This document shows positions 53,767-63,370 of a stretch of DNA of 64,000 nt, piece by piece. Position 1 is the first letter of the stretch. Every line of letters begins with the position of its first letter. Origin of the DNA: a virus. The notes under the pieces were generated by a model. That model worked only from the letters and a program-made list of their open reading frames with translations, was not told where the DNA came from and made no database searches. The stretch spans positions 1 through 64,000 of the IMG/VR virus record IMGVR_UViG_3300020020_000026. One strand, 5' to 3'. The position numbers and the translations under genes are program-made.

Positions 53767-54418
53767 GGCCTTCATCCTTCTGTGCTGATGGGTCAAATTC
53801 GTAGACAGTGGTGACGCGCTGCACTTCATCCGCTGGCGGCATGGTGCCGTCCGTCGCAAGCGGCACGACCTCCTCATGTATCAAGAGGAAGTCGTCCACG
53901 ATGATTGGCGTGTAGTCGGCTCGATATCGAAGCGTCTGCTCATACCGCAGCTCGCTCATCGGCGTTTCGTTGTTGAGCGGCGGATGATCCACGAACCGCC
54001 AGGAGCCGTTCCCCAATCCCTCGATCCGCACGTTGTCGGGGTTGCCGATGCCGCCCGGATAGGCGCGGGTGTCGATCATGTTCATCAGGTACTGGTCGCG
54101 CCAGAGCCGGTTCATGATCACCCAGTAGGCTTGATTGAGTTTCTCCTGGGTCGCCTCCGGGTCGTTGTTGACGATGACCACTGAGAACCCCAGCGTCAGG
54201 CTGTGAACGAACTCGATATCGCCATGGTTCGGGTCGCCGTCCGGTGCCATGTCCTCCTTGACGAGATAGAGAGCCAGAAGAGGAAGATGGTTCGTCATGG
54301 TCTGAAGCTGGCGGCTCTTGCGCACGGTGAAGCCGGAAAAGAACGGCGCGGTCACCAGCTTGTCCAACAGCATGTCGCGAATCACGTAGCCGTAGCTCTG
54401 CACCTCGGTGATGGTCAT
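53687..54418 (-). CDS. Tail terminator/completion protein
   Basis: Position before the sheath gene; LPLLALYLVKEDM. Confidence 0.6.
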   Translation of the reverse strand: MTITEVQSYGYVIRDMLLDKLVTAPFFSGFTVRKSRQLQTMTNHLPLLALYLVKEDMAPDGDPNHGDIEFVHSLTLGFSVVIVNNDPEATQEKLNQAYWVIMNRLWRDQYLMNMIDTRAYPGGIGNPDNVRIEGLGNGSWRFVDHPPLNNETPMSELRYEQTLRYRADYTPIIVDDFLLIHEEVVPLATDGTMPPADEVQRVTTVYEFDPSAQKDEGHGRPQKQSSSRIRGRERPGPGSREGR

Positions 54419-54780
54419 GACGGCTTCGCAGTCAGAACCTTGCGAAGAACCAGCGTCGTCTCGCCGCCGCCGTTGCTCTCGGTGTCGGTGATTTCGAACG
54501 TGCCAAGCGCCGCACCCGCATCGGTGTCGGCGGGAATGGTCACCTGGTCAAGTTGCTCGGGCATCACCGGGAATTCAGCGTCGCGGATATCGACAATGGT
54601 TTGCTGATCGGAAGTGATCGCGCCATCCATCGCCGCCACGTCAACCGGCCGCGTGTCGTAAATCCCGCGCGCGGTATACGCAGGCACGCCCGGCTGCGAG
54701 GCGCGCGGCGTGATGATGATCGCCCGCGCGAAGGTGTCGTAGTTCGGCAGGTAGACCAGCGTTGAGAAATTTATTGCCAC
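54415..54780 (-). CDS. Head-tail joining protein (lambda FII-like)
   Basis: GTG start; ARGIYD...PEQLDQVTI...NGGGETTLVL. Confidence 0.65.
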   Translation of the reverse strand: MAINFSTLVYLPNYDTFARAIIITPRASQPGVPAYTARGIYDTRPVDVAAMDGAITSDQQTIVDIRDAEFPVMPEQLDQVTIPADTDAGAALGTFEITDTESNGGGETTLVLRKVLTAKPS

Positions 54781-55127
54781 TCGATTGCCTCCATGCACAT
54801 CGTCTTCATGCGGGAGAACAGTTGCTCGACCAGGACCGGCCGCAGGATCGGCCGCTTGACGCCAGCTATGCGACGCGGGGCGTTGCGCCGGGTCGCCGTG
54901 CCCTTGCTCACGCGCGGTCCGCGCGACCGGCGCGAACGCGGATAGACCAGCGTCGTCACCGACATCCAGCCGCTCTCATCGACCTTCGGGAATTTCCGCT
55001 TCATGTCCTCGCGCTGCCAGTCGAGGAAAACGGCAGGCAACTTGTCGTCCAGCTTGTTGATGCGTTCCTGCATGTCGGCAAATTGCTTCAACAGCCCGGC
55101 GGACTCGACCTTGACCTCGAATGCCAT
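54771..55127 (-). CDS. Neck/virion morphogenesis protein
   Basis: Basic protein ending KRPILRP; neck gene position. Confidence 0.6.
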   Translation of the reverse strand: MAFEVKVESAGLLKQFADMQERINKLDDKLPAVFLDWQREDMKRKFPKVDESGWMSVTTLVYPRSRRSRGPRVSKGTATRRNAPRRIAGVKRPILRPVLVEQLFSRMKTMCMEAIEWQ

Positions 55128-55129
55128 GG

Positions 55130-55753
55130 CTAGACCCAGAGCCTGGTGTAGTGCCCAAGCAAATTTGCGACGGTCTCCTTGGCCTGCGAGCTGACGCTTC
55201 CGCCGCTGTTGCCACTGGAGCCGCCGCTGCTCGGGTTGTGAAACATCACGCGGCTTTCCTTGTGCGAGATCATGCGCACGCCCGTGAGCGCCGCTGACGC
55301 CTGCTCGCTCTTCGACGCGCCAACCAACAGGCTGCAGCAATGCTTCAGCGCGTAGGGAGCCTCTTGCGGCAGATCAAAGCCGCCAGTGTAGGTGACAACG
55401 ACCGGCTCGTTGTGACTGGAGAAGATCGAGAGTTTCCCCGATCCTTCTTCTAACTCCCAGTCGATATTGGCGAGGCCTGCAGTAGTAACGCTTTCGATGT
55501 CGTCCTCCTTCACAGGCCAGTGCGTCAGGAAGCAGCGCCGGGTGCCTTGCTCTCGCCATGTCTCCCGCACTTTCTGGCGCGCGAACACGCGGTTCGCCAT
55601 CTCAGAAACAACTGCGGAGTTAACTTCGATCAGCCACGTCAGTTGCTCGTCGCTGGCGGCGTCGTTGATGCCAAGCGCTGTCTTCGCCTCTGCCAAGGTC
55701 ATCAGCTTGAAGTCGTCCGCTGGGGTTAGGACTTTGACGGTGACATCCGCCAT
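55130..55753 (-). CDS. Head-tail connector (gp6-like)
   Basis: LMTLAEAKTALGI...VVVTYTGGF..P. Confidence 0.8.
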   Translation of the reverse strand: MADVTVKVLTPADDFKLMTLAEAKTALGINDAASDEQLTWLIEVNSAVVSEMANRVFARQKVRETWREQGTRRCFLTHWPVKEDDIESVTTAGLANIDWELEEGSGKLSIFSSHNEPVVVTYTGGFDLPQEAPYALKHCCSLLVGASKSEQASAALTGVRMISHKESRVMFHNPSSGGSSGNSGGSVSSQAKETVANLLGHYTRLWV

Positions 55754-55755
55754 CG

Positions 55756-57168
55756 CTACCTCGCCTCAATTTGGAACTGTTCAAAGAAGTCGCGCATCTG
55801 CAGCGGCGGCCCTTCCCGGCCATCCGCCAGGATCGGGATCGCGGTGAAATTGGCGCGGTCGATCTGCCACTTCTGGATCATGCCGGAAGCACCGGCCGGT
55901 CCCCGCTCGCCCTTCTCGCCAGCGAAGCCGCGCTCGCCCTTCGGACCCATCTTCCCCTGGCTTACCAGGAGCTGCCAGCCTGGGCCGGGGCACGGCCCTG
56001 GGGACGCCGTCTTGGCAATGAACGAAGAGCCATTGACAGCCACGATGTCCAACTCTTTGTAAGTTTCCGAATCGGAGAACAGCCCGCGAACGCGAGGGGA
56101 ACATCCGTCCACGCCCCCGCGCGCGAGGCATACCCAATCCTTGCCGCTTTCCGGCGGTTCGGCGGTGTCCTTGGTCGCCTGGTAGGTCGCCCCGGACTTG
56201 GTGACGACGTTCCCCGCATAATGAACGCCCGGCTCCCAGACTTTGACGGACGGCAGCATGCCGACAGGGCCACGCTCGCCGCGCTCACCGGGTTGGCCGG
56301 GCTCCCCGCGCGCACCGGGCAACCCCGGCTCGCCACGCAAGCCCATTTTCCCGATTACGCCGGGCAGGCCCTGATCGCCTTTCTCGCCTTTCTCGCCACG
56401 TTCGCCCTTGATGCTTAAGCCGGGCAGGCCCTGCTCGCCGCGATCCCCCTTCTCGCCGCGCTCGCCGGGTCCGCCCTGAAGGCCCTGGTCGCCCTTGACG
56501 CTGAGCCCCGGAATGCCGGGCTCACCCCGGTCACCCTTTTCGCCCCTCTCGCCCCTCTCACCGGCCGGTCCCTTGATGCTGAGCCCCGTATCGCCTTTGA
56601 TGGTCAGCCCCGGCTCGCCCCTCGGGCCGCGCTCTCCCTGCTTGCCCATGAGCCCCGGAGGCCCCGCTTCGCCCCGGTCGCCACGCTCGCCCTTGATCGA
56701 CAGGCCTGGTGAACCCTGATCGCCCTGCGGTCCCCGCTCGCCCTTCTCGCCGATCAAACCCTGGAGGCCCTGCGGCCCCGCCTGCCCGTCTATTCCGGCT
56801 GGCCCTTCCGGACCTACCGGCCCTGGCTCGCCGCGCTCTCCCTGGGCACCCGGCAGCCCCTGGGGGCCGATCTCGCCAGGATTTCCAGGCGCACCGTCTG
56901 CACCGGACTTGATGGTCGCAAGCTTCTCGCCCAGCGCCCGGTCAACCTTGGCCTGCAGATCGACAACGATGGCCTTCAGCTCGGCCACGGTCGCCCGCGC
57001 CTGCGCCTCGATCAGCTCGCGCTCCTTGTCCCACTGCTTGCGGTGCTGGTGGATGACGTGAGCGAGCGCGTCGCGCAGCGCGTCAATGGTCGCTTCTGGT
57101 ATGTGCATCGGCGCGGGAAAGGGCCTCGGTGAGGGAGGTGATGATTCTGAGTTCTGTGGCAACGGCAT
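55756..57168 (-). CDS. Collagen-like head/neck fibre protein
   Basis: Coiled coil, long G-X-Y tract, then WEPGVHYAGNVV...W and PGPCPGPGWQL domains. Confidence 0.85.
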   Translation of the reverse strand: MPLPQNSESSPPSPRPFPAPMHIPEATIDALRDALAHVIHQHRKQWDKERELIEAQARATVAELKAIVVDLQAKVDRALGEKLATIKSGADGAPGNPGEIGPQGLPGAQGERGEPGPVGPEGPAGIDGQAGPQGLQGLIGEKGERGPQGDQGSPGLSIKGERGDRGEAGPPGLMGKQGERGPRGEPGLTIKGDTGLSIKGPAGERGERGEKGDRGEPGIPGLSVKGDQGLQGGPGERGEKGDRGEQGLPGLSIKGERGEKGEKGDQGLPGVIGKMGLRGEPGLPGARGEPGQPGERGERGPVGMLPSVKVWEPGVHYAGNVVTKSGATYQATKDTAEPPESGKDWVCLARGGVDGCSPRVRGLFSDSETYKELDIVAVNGSSFIAKTASPGPCPGPGWQLLVSQGKMGPKGERGFAGEKGERGPAGASGMIQKWQIDRANFTAIPILADGREGPPLQMRDFFEQFQIEAR

Positions 57169-58570
57169 CGCTATGGTCCTTTGCCGTGATGAATTTTTTC
57201 ACAGGCGGCTCGTCCTTTTCCGGCTCTTCTTTCTCGCCAGGCTTCGGCTGGTCGAGCTTTGGAGCCAGGGCCGGTGGCGCACCAGCCGCGCCTGGAGCTG
57301 CAGGCATGGCCGGGATCGCTGCAGCCGCGCTGAGCGGGACAACCTGTTGCTGCACGCGCGGCTCGTCGCCATGCTCGACAGCGTCCAGGCTCTCGGAGGC
57401 CCGCGCCTCGTTCGGGGAAAAGATGCCGCCCTGCACCGCCTGGGCGAGCGCCCCGATCCGCTCCTTGAACGCGGACCTGAGCAGCGCCTTGGTGTCGAAT
57501 TCCAGGTACTCATCGGGCTGACCCTTCAGCCCAAACAGCAACCCATAGGCGTCCTCGATATGGTTGAGCGCAAAGCCCAGGCCTGACGATATCCATTGCA
57601 TCATCAGTGCTTCGGTCGAGCCGACACCCGTGCCGCTGATACCAAGCACCGCCATCGGAATCCGGAAGGCCAGGGCGATGCGCTCTTCCGGCACCTTCAT
57701 CATGTTGGCCAGCTCGGCGTCCCGCGAAGGCGCGGACAGCATCGCGGGCTTCAGGCCGCCGGTCAGGATCGGCGTGCCGCCAGCCTTCAGTCCCTTCGAC
57801 TGCTCTTCCCAGCGGTCGCGAATGAACTGCACCTGGTCCTTGTCCAGGATCAGGTCGGTGGTCAGCACCGCGCTCGGCCTGGCCTGGTTCATGTAGAACT
57901 GAATTTGCTGATCGTTGATCGCCTTCGACAGCATGATGTCCTGCATCGCTGAGCCAAGCGGCGTGTCCCCGACAATCGGATAGGGATAGCGGCGGCGCGA
58001 TGAGTGCAGACGGACGTGCAGCACGTCGCGCTGCGGGACGACCAGTTGCTCCTTCACCTGGCGGTCGATGATGCTGTTGCCCGCGAGCGTGTAGAAAACG
58101 TCGCCGGTCGGAGCAACCTGGGGATACGACATGGCCGAATCCATCAGGTGCAGCTCGTCAATCTCGTAACGCTCGTTGCGCAGCGCCAGCGCATAAGCAT
58201 TGCCGTCATAGTACAGGTTGCGCGTCAGGTTCATCATGAAGTCTGACGGCGTCTGATAGCCGTTCGGAAAACGCAGGATGCGGGAAAGCGCGCTGGTGGT
58301 AACGCGGTCGCGCCCGTCTTTGTCGTTTGCACGCCAATGATCGCCGGGGCACATCGCAACCGTCTGGGCGTATGCCGACAGGCACGCCTCGACTATTGCG
58401 GATGTGTCGTATCCGGCGGGATTGATGCCGCTCTGCCACCAATTCCACGGCGAGTCGGCAGGCAACCAGCCGCCGGTCACCGGGAGATGGTAGGGGCCTC
58501 GGTGAACTTCGCCCTCGCCAGCGGCCTTAAGCTGGCGAGGAGCAAAGATTCGCGAGAGAAAGTTGGCCAC
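57083..58570 (-). CDS. Portal protein (HK97 family)
   Basis: PNGYQT...GNAY...DVLHVR...F.NQARPSAVL...IALAFRIP...SPNEARASESL. Confidence 0.95.
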   Translation of the reverse strand: MANFLSRIFAPRQLKAAGEGEVHRGPYHLPVTGGWLPADSPWNWWQSGINPAGYDTSAIVEACLSAYAQTVAMCPGDHWRANDKDGRDRVTTSALSRILRFPNGYQTPSDFMMNLTRNLYYDGNAYALALRNERYEIDELHLMDSAMSYPQVAPTGDVFYTLAGNSIIDRQVKEQLVVPQRDVLHVRLHSSRRRYPYPIVGDTPLGSAMQDIMLSKAINDQQIQFYMNQARPSAVLTTDLILDKDQVQFIRDRWEEQSKGLKAGGTPILTGGLKPAMLSAPSRDAELANMMKVPEERIALAFRIPMAVLGISGTGVGSTEALMMQWISSGLGFALNHIEDAYGLLFGLKGQPDEYLEFDTKALLRSAFKERIGALAQAVQGGIFSPNEARASESLDAVEHGDEPRVQQQVVPLSAAAAIPAMPAAPGAAGAPPALAPKLDQPKPGEKEEPEKDEPPVKKFITAKDHSDAVATELRIITSLTEALSRADAHTRSDH

Positions 58571-58573
58571 CGA

Positions 58574-58909
58574 TCAGGACTGCGGCGTCGTGGCTCGGGT
58601 CTGATAGCCAGGCGTGCCAGGAGCAGGCTTGGCCTCCATCTGCTTCCGCCGCTCCTCGTCCTGCTGCTTCTTCTTGGCGGCGGCCTGCTGCGGATCGCCT
58701 GACCCCGGCGGCTGGAAGATCGCGTCAAGCTTGGCCTGATCGTTCTCCTCCTGCGTTGGGGTCGGCGTTTCGTGATCGTAGGCCTGCTTCACGATCTCTT
58801 CCTTGGGGCGCGGCTCGTTGAACTGGTACGGCTGCGTCCGCGCAGGATCGTTGGGACCGCTCACATCGCGGCCGTGACGCTGGTTCTGGTCTTGCTTCTG
58901 GTCGGCCAT
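58574..58909 (-). CDS. Hydrophilic hypothetical protein
   Basis: AGGAG RBS; PTPTQEEND...YQTR. Confidence 0.7.
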   Translation of the reverse strand: MADQKQDQNQRHGRDVSGPNDPARTQPYQFNEPRPKEEIVKQAYDHETPTPTQEENDQAKLDAIFQPPGSGDPQQAAAKKKQQDEERRKQMEAKPAPGTPGYQTRATTPQS

Positions 58910-58938
58910 TTCAATCTCCTGGGTTGATCTTGATCGAG

Positions 58939-58955
58939 TAGGACACTATGTCCTG
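58939..58955. promoter_or_regulatory. Operator-like site TAGGAC-ACTAT-GTCCTG
   Basis: Same motif and same CGAG 5' flank as the 1025 site. Confidence 0.55.
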
Positions 58956-58960
58956 CCGTT

Positions 58961-59015
58961 GGCGAGGCGAGGCCCGGTACGGCCCGGTACGGTCAGGCGA
59001 GGCGAGGCAGGGCAG
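58961..59015. repeat. GGNNN pentamer array (11 units)
   Basis: GGCGA GGCGA GGCCC GGTAC GGCCC GGTAC GGTCA GGCGA GGCGA GGCAG GGCAG. Confidence 0.8.
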
Positions 59016-59023
59016 GCATGTTT

Positions 59024-59054
59024 GGAAGGAGGGGTTCGCCCCTCCTTCCTTTTT
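59024..59054 (+). terminator. Hairpin after the capsid gene (U-tract on + strand)
   Basis: GGAAGGAGGGG-TTCG-CCCCTCCTTCC-TTTTT. Confidence 0.65.
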
Positions 59055-59058
59055 CAGT

Positions 59059-61155
59059 CTACCAGGTCACGCCCGCCACGAATGAAACGACACCAGCGCG
59101 GCGCATCGTCCAGTTCATCGGCAGGATGAGTCGAAGCGCCAGTGAATCCGTCTGGAACATCGAGACGGCGGGAGCCGCGACAACGCCAGGGGTTCCGGCG
59201 GTGCCGATATGCGCAGGCGAGGTGTCCTCCATGTGTAGCGTAGCTTGGTCGCTGATCTCAAACCTCGGATTGTCGCCAGAGATCGAGACGTAGTCGGCCG
59301 CGTCGAGGCACAGCACCGTACCGAGAGGCACGGTCCCGCTCTTGATCACCGGATAGCCCATCAACCGATTGTTGTTGATGTCCGTTGCGAACGGGAAGAG
59401 CCCGCCCGGCACCGGAGGCTGCACGAACCCAATCGACAGCGCCTGTTGCGGGTTCATGATGAAGACCATCGAGCGGACGTTGCCGTTGGTCGCCGTCAGG
59501 ATCGAACCGGACAGCCCCTTGAGATCGCCAACGAGGGCGTTGAAGCCGCCGCCTGCGGTCGGGGTCAGGCCGACAACGCCGTTGCGCAGACCGGCGGGAC
59601 GAATGGTCGTCGCCGGGTTGGCGTCGAGCAGGATGGTGTCGATGGCGATCTGCGTGTCTTCCTGGATGGCATTGCGCAGAAGGCCTTCGATGGCGGGCAC
59701 GGAATGCTCGTCCATCTCCCTCGTCCAAGTCGTAATCACGGCCATCTTTTTCGGAACCATCGAAGTGGTCGTGAACGCGGCCTGACGCACCGGGATCGGA
59801 GCGCCTTCACCGACGAACGAACCGGCCACGGTCGGCGTCGCCGCTCGGGTCGGCACGTTGATCTTGCCGTTGCGGCCGAAGCTGAGCTTGAGGCCCATCG
59901 CTGACAGCGACGGGTAGACCGAAGACGGCAGAAGGCTCGGCATCAGATCGGCATTGATCTGTTGCACCAGCTCGGCCGCCCAGCCAGCGACGGTCGTCAT
60001 CGCCGGGGCGGTCGCCGCCTTCAGCGTGAGATCGCAGATGACCTTGGTGGCTTCATCTTCGCCGTAAATCTTCTGGCGAATCTGATCGATGGTAAAGCCA
60101 GCGAAGTCCGGAGCCTTGGACAGCGCCTTGATCGTACCGGCGCGGACCAGGAACTCGATGGGGTCGATCTTCTTGGCCGGGAGGTTGAACGGCCGGGCGC
60201 TAGCGGTCGCGCGCAGGGCCACCTTGGTCTTGCCGTTGCCGTTGCCGTTGTCCTCGCTGGACTGTGCGGCCATCTGGGCCTCCGAATCTTCCAGGGCCTT
60301 GAGCGCCAGCACCTGATCGCTGATGCGCTTGTTCAGCTCCTGGGTGGTCGCGAGATCGGCCTCGGTGACGTTCTCGTCGTCAACCTTTTCCAGATGCTCG
60401 TTCAGTTGGTCCCGCAGCGCGACAATGCGCTGTTGGGTAGCTTCGATGCGTTTCGTAAGGGGTGACATTGTCACTGTCCTTGTGTTCGGTTTCGACTTGG
60501 CTTGCCCGCCGTTGAGACCGCGACGTTCGGCGCTCTGGTCTTTCTCGTTGCCATGCCCGGCAAAGACCATTGCGACGGTGTCGCGGGAAATCTTGAGCGA
60601 TTTTGCAATCGCCAGTGCGTTCGGGTTGGCCGGGATCGCGACCAGGGAGGTCTCGACCAGCTCGGCCTGTTTGAATCGGTAGCCGCCGCTGCCGTCCTTG
60701 GTGATCGGCTCCGCCACTCGCGGCAGGAAGCCGACGCTGACCGCCTTCAGAATGTCGGCCTCGATCAGCCGGTGGATTTCATCGATCCGTTCGGAGGTGC
60801 CCAGCGGCGCTAGGCGCAGCTCGCCGCGCAGCTCGCCGTCCGCGACTTTCAGATTGTGCCACTTGCCGATTGGAAAGTTCGGATTGTGGTTGAACAGCGC
60901 GACCGGATTGCGCTTGAAGTTGACCAAGTCCCAGCCCTCGGCCTCGATGATGTCGCCCATGCGGTCCGGGCTAGCGTCCGACAGGATGAAGGTCAGCCCG
61001 CCGACATCGGAAACGTGCGTCTTGCGGACGACCTTCTTGGCGGCGCGCTCGTCCCATTGCAGGGCGCACGCCTCCTCGTCCCCGCCATCGCTGACGCAAT
61101 GCTCCATGAATTCTTCGCGGGTATCGAAATCGTCCGGAGAGGCTTTGGTCTTCAT
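59059..61155 (-). CDS. HK97-type prohead protease - major capsid protein fusion
   Basis: DRMGDII...NPVALFNH...PIGKW...AVSVGF...ELVETSLVAIPANPNA (S78 protease); coiled coil; FVGEGAPIPV...SMFQTD (capsid). Confidence 0.95.
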   Translation of the reverse strand: MKTKASPDDFDTREEFMEHCVSDGGDEEACALQWDERAAKKVVRKTHVSDVGGLTFILSDASPDRMGDIIEAEGWDLVNFKRNPVALFNHNPNFPIGKWHNLKVADGELRGELRLAPLGTSERIDEIHRLIEADILKAVSVGFLPRVAEPITKDGSGGYRFKQAELVETSLVAIPANPNALAIAKSLKISRDTVAMVFAGHGNEKDQSAERRGLNGGQAKSKPNTRTVTMSPLTKRIEATQQRIVALRDQLNEHLEKVDDENVTEADLATTQELNKRISDQVLALKALEDSEAQMAAQSSEDNGNGNGKTKVALRATASARPFNLPAKKIDPIEFLVRAGTIKALSKAPDFAGFTIDQIRQKIYGEDEATKVICDLTLKAATAPAMTTVAGWAAELVQQINADLMPSLLPSSVYPSLSAMGLKLSFGRNGKINVPTRAATPTVAGSFVGEGAPIPVRQAAFTTTSMVPKKMAVITTWTREMDEHSVPAIEGLLRNAIQEDTQIAIDTILLDANPATTIRPAGLRNGVVGLTPTAGGGFNALVGDLKGLSGSILTATNGNVRSMVFIMNPQQALSIGFVQPPVPGGLFPFATDINNNRLMGYPVIKSGTVPLGTVLCLDAADYVSISGDNPRFEISDQATLHMEDTSPAHIGTAGTPGVVAAPAVSMFQTDSLALRLILPMNWTMRRAGVVSFVAGVTW

Positions 61156-61172
61156 GACTCAATCTCCTGGTT

Positions 61173-61448
61173 CTATTTCGTGCGGCACTTCAGCGTGCAA
61201 GTTTGTTCGCGCGTGCGCCCGGCCGCAGTCGTGATCCGGTTGATCAGTGCGTAATTTTCGCCAGCCGATCCGCCTGACAGCCAGATCGTCGTTGTGCTGT
61301 CGTCAAACATATCGACGCCTTTGCTGACTCCGGTTGGCACGGTCCACGTCGAGGTGCTGATGACATCGCCAGCCAGCGGCTTGGTCCAATCAACGACGTA
61401 GTCCAGTACTTCGTCCGGGTCTTTCGGGTCGTCCCAGCTCTTCGCCAT
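61173..61448 (-). CDS. Small virion adaptor protein
   Basis: KDPDEVLDYVVDW...IWLSGG..G..Y...NRITTAAGRT. Confidence 0.75.
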   Translation of the reverse strand: MAKSWDDPKDPDEVLDYVVDWTKPLAGDVISTSTWTVPTGVSKGVDMFDDSTTTIWLSGGSAGENYALINRITTAAGRTREQTCTLKCRTK

Positions 61449-61459
61449 TCGCTATTCTC

Positions 61460-63049
61460 CTAAGCTGCGACCGGCAGACCGCCGCCTCCGACATCGATGT
61501 CGCGGTCGTCTGCCGCGACGGTGATCACCCGGCTTGCTGCCGTGACGACGAGAGTCCGGTTGCTCGCCGCGACGGCGATGATCCGGCCGCTTGCCGTGAT
61601 TTCCATCGTGCGGTCGCTGGCGGCGACAGTGATAATCTGGCCGACAGTAGTCGGCGTGACGAACACCTCGCCCAGACCGGACACCGTGGCTGGCTGCGCC
61701 TGCAGGACACCGAAGCCTTCCTGCCGTTGCGTGCCGTAGACCGTGGCCGGTCGCGCGGCTGGTGCGCCAACGCCAACCGATCCGGATATGCCCTGGCCTG
61801 CGACGGCGGCCACGCCCGCGTGTGCTGCGCCCGCGCCTGTCCACGCGCCCGCGCCCGTGCCGCTGACCAGGGCCACTGAGGCGACGAGCGTGCCGCTGGC
61901 GATCCATCGTATTGAGCCGGTGCCGGTGACCGTGTGGGGCGCGGCGACCAGGGTGCCGGTGCCGTGCCACCTGGCTGAGCCAAACCCACCCAGCAATGCC
62001 TTCGCCGATACCAGGGTGCCGGTGCCAAACGACACCGACAGGCCGGTGGCTGCAATGATCGAGTGCTGCGTCGCGAGCGCGACTGTGCCGGTCGATGACG
62101 ACTTGCCGCTGCCGGTGACGACCGAAGGCTGCGCAATGACTGTGCCGATTCCGGCACCGACAATACCGCCACCACCGGAGACGACAGAGGCTTGCGCAAC
62201 CAGGGTGCCGGTGCCGGTCGATGACGACTTGCCGACAAACGCAGCGGTGTCCGCCGCTTCAATCGCCGCCAGGGTGGCGCGAAATTCGACCTTGCCTATG
62301 AAGCTCGCGGCATCGGCCGTCTCGACGGCCACCAGCGGACCGCTGAAGACCGTATTGACAACGCTACCGGAGAAACTTGCGACATCCGCCGCTTCGATCC
62401 TTGCCAGCGTGCCGGTGACGATGACCTTGCCAGCGAACGCGGCGGTGTCTGCCGCCTCCGTTGCCGCCAGCGGCCCCCGGACCTCGACCTTGCCCGCGAA
62501 TGTCGCGGCGTCTGACGCCTCAACAGCAACAAGCGGGCCGGTAGCGACGGCAGCCGCCCCGCTGCCGAGAAAGAGCGCTGTATCGGCCCCTTCGGTAACC
62601 GCCAGCGAACCGACGACGGAACTTATGCCGGTGAGGCTTGCGGTGTCCGCTGCCTCGATAACGGCAAGCGTGCCGCGCGTCTCTATCTTGCCTGCGAAGC
62701 TTGCCGTATCCCCGGCTTCGAGAACGACCAGGGGGCCGCGTACCTCGACCTTGCCTGCGAGGCTCGCGATGTCAGCCGCCTCGACAACCGCCAGCGTCCC
62801 GCGTGTCTCGACCGTGCCGGTGAATACCGCGCTGTCGGCCGCTTCGGTGACGGCCAGGGTGCCGCTTGTCCGGACCTCGCCCGCGAGGCTCGCAGTATCC
62901 GCCGCCTCCGCTGCCACCAGGGTGCCGGTGACTGCGGCAGCGACTTCTCCAACGACGCCGGAAAGCTCGACCCAGGAGACAACGACGCGAGTGTCCCCGG
63001 CCACCGCCGGGGCACCGGCTCGCCCAAAGAACAGTTTGAATTGAGCCAT
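61460..63049 (-). CDS. Ala/Gly/Thr-rich repeat protein (probable head fibre/decoration)
   Basis: About 11 repeats of ~21 aa (GTLAVxEAADTASFAGKV), a second ~21-aa repeat type, and C-terminal 9-aa repeats. Confidence 0.75.
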   Translation of the reverse strand: MAQFKLFFGRAGAPAVAGDTRVVVSWVELSGVVGEVAAAVTGTLVAAEAADTASLAGEVRTSGTLAVTEAADSAVFTGTVETRGTLAVVEAADIASLAGKVEVRGPLVVLEAGDTASFAGKIETRGTLAVIEAADTASLTGISSVVGSLAVTEGADTALFLGSGAAAVATGPLVAVEASDAATFAGKVEVRGPLAATEAADTAAFAGKVIVTGTLARIEAADVASFSGSVVNTVFSGPLVAVETADAASFIGKVEFRATLAAIEAADTAAFVGKSSSTGTGTLVAQASVVSGGGGIVGAGIGTVIAQPSVVTGSGKSSSTGTVALATQHSIIAATGLSVSFGTGTLVSAKALLGGFGSARWHGTGTLVAAPHTVTGTGSIRWIASGTLVASVALVSGTGAGAWTGAGAAHAGVAAVAGQGISGSVGVGAPAARPATVYGTQRQEGFGVLQAQPATVSGLGEVFVTPTTVGQIITVAASDRTMEITASGRIIAVAASNRTLVVTAASRVITVAADDRDIDVGGGGLPVAA

Positions 63050-63052
63050 CGG

Positions 63053-63367
63053 CTAGGCCGTAGTCGGAATGGACAGAACGAAGTCCGCCCACTCCTTCGG
63101 CACCGTCTGATCTATGCCAACGATGCTCACGACATCCGCATTCATCTCGGTTGCCGACAGCGTGATCTTGACCAGCACCGATCCCGCTGGCGTGACCACC
63201 GGCAACGTCGCCAGGTCCGTCAACGCGCCGCCGTCCTTGCTCACCTTCCAATCGCCGCTGGCAATCGCTGGATCGACTTTGAAGCTCGCACCGTCAGACG
63301 TGCTGGCAAGCGCAACGTATAGAACAAAGTCCTCATTCTTGACCGGCGGGTTATACGGCGCTGCCAT
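63053..63367 (-). CDS. Small virion-associated protein
   Basis: GDWKVSKDGGA...LSATEMNAD; in the structural operon. Confidence 0.7.
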   Translation of the reverse strand: MAAPYNPPVKNEDFVLYVALASTSDGASFKVDPAIASGDWKVSKDGGALTDLATLPVVTPAGSVLVKITLSATEMNADVVSIVGIDQTVPKEWADFVLSIPTTA

Positions 63368-63370
63368 TGG

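Noticed and set aside
58961-59015. Short repeats as a CRISPR array
   Set aside because: Units are 5 nt with no unique spacers, and there are no cas genes.
61743-63044. 433-aa + strand ORF
   Set aside because: Antisense shadow of the GC-rich repeat protein; the real gene fits the minus-strand operon and its neighbours.
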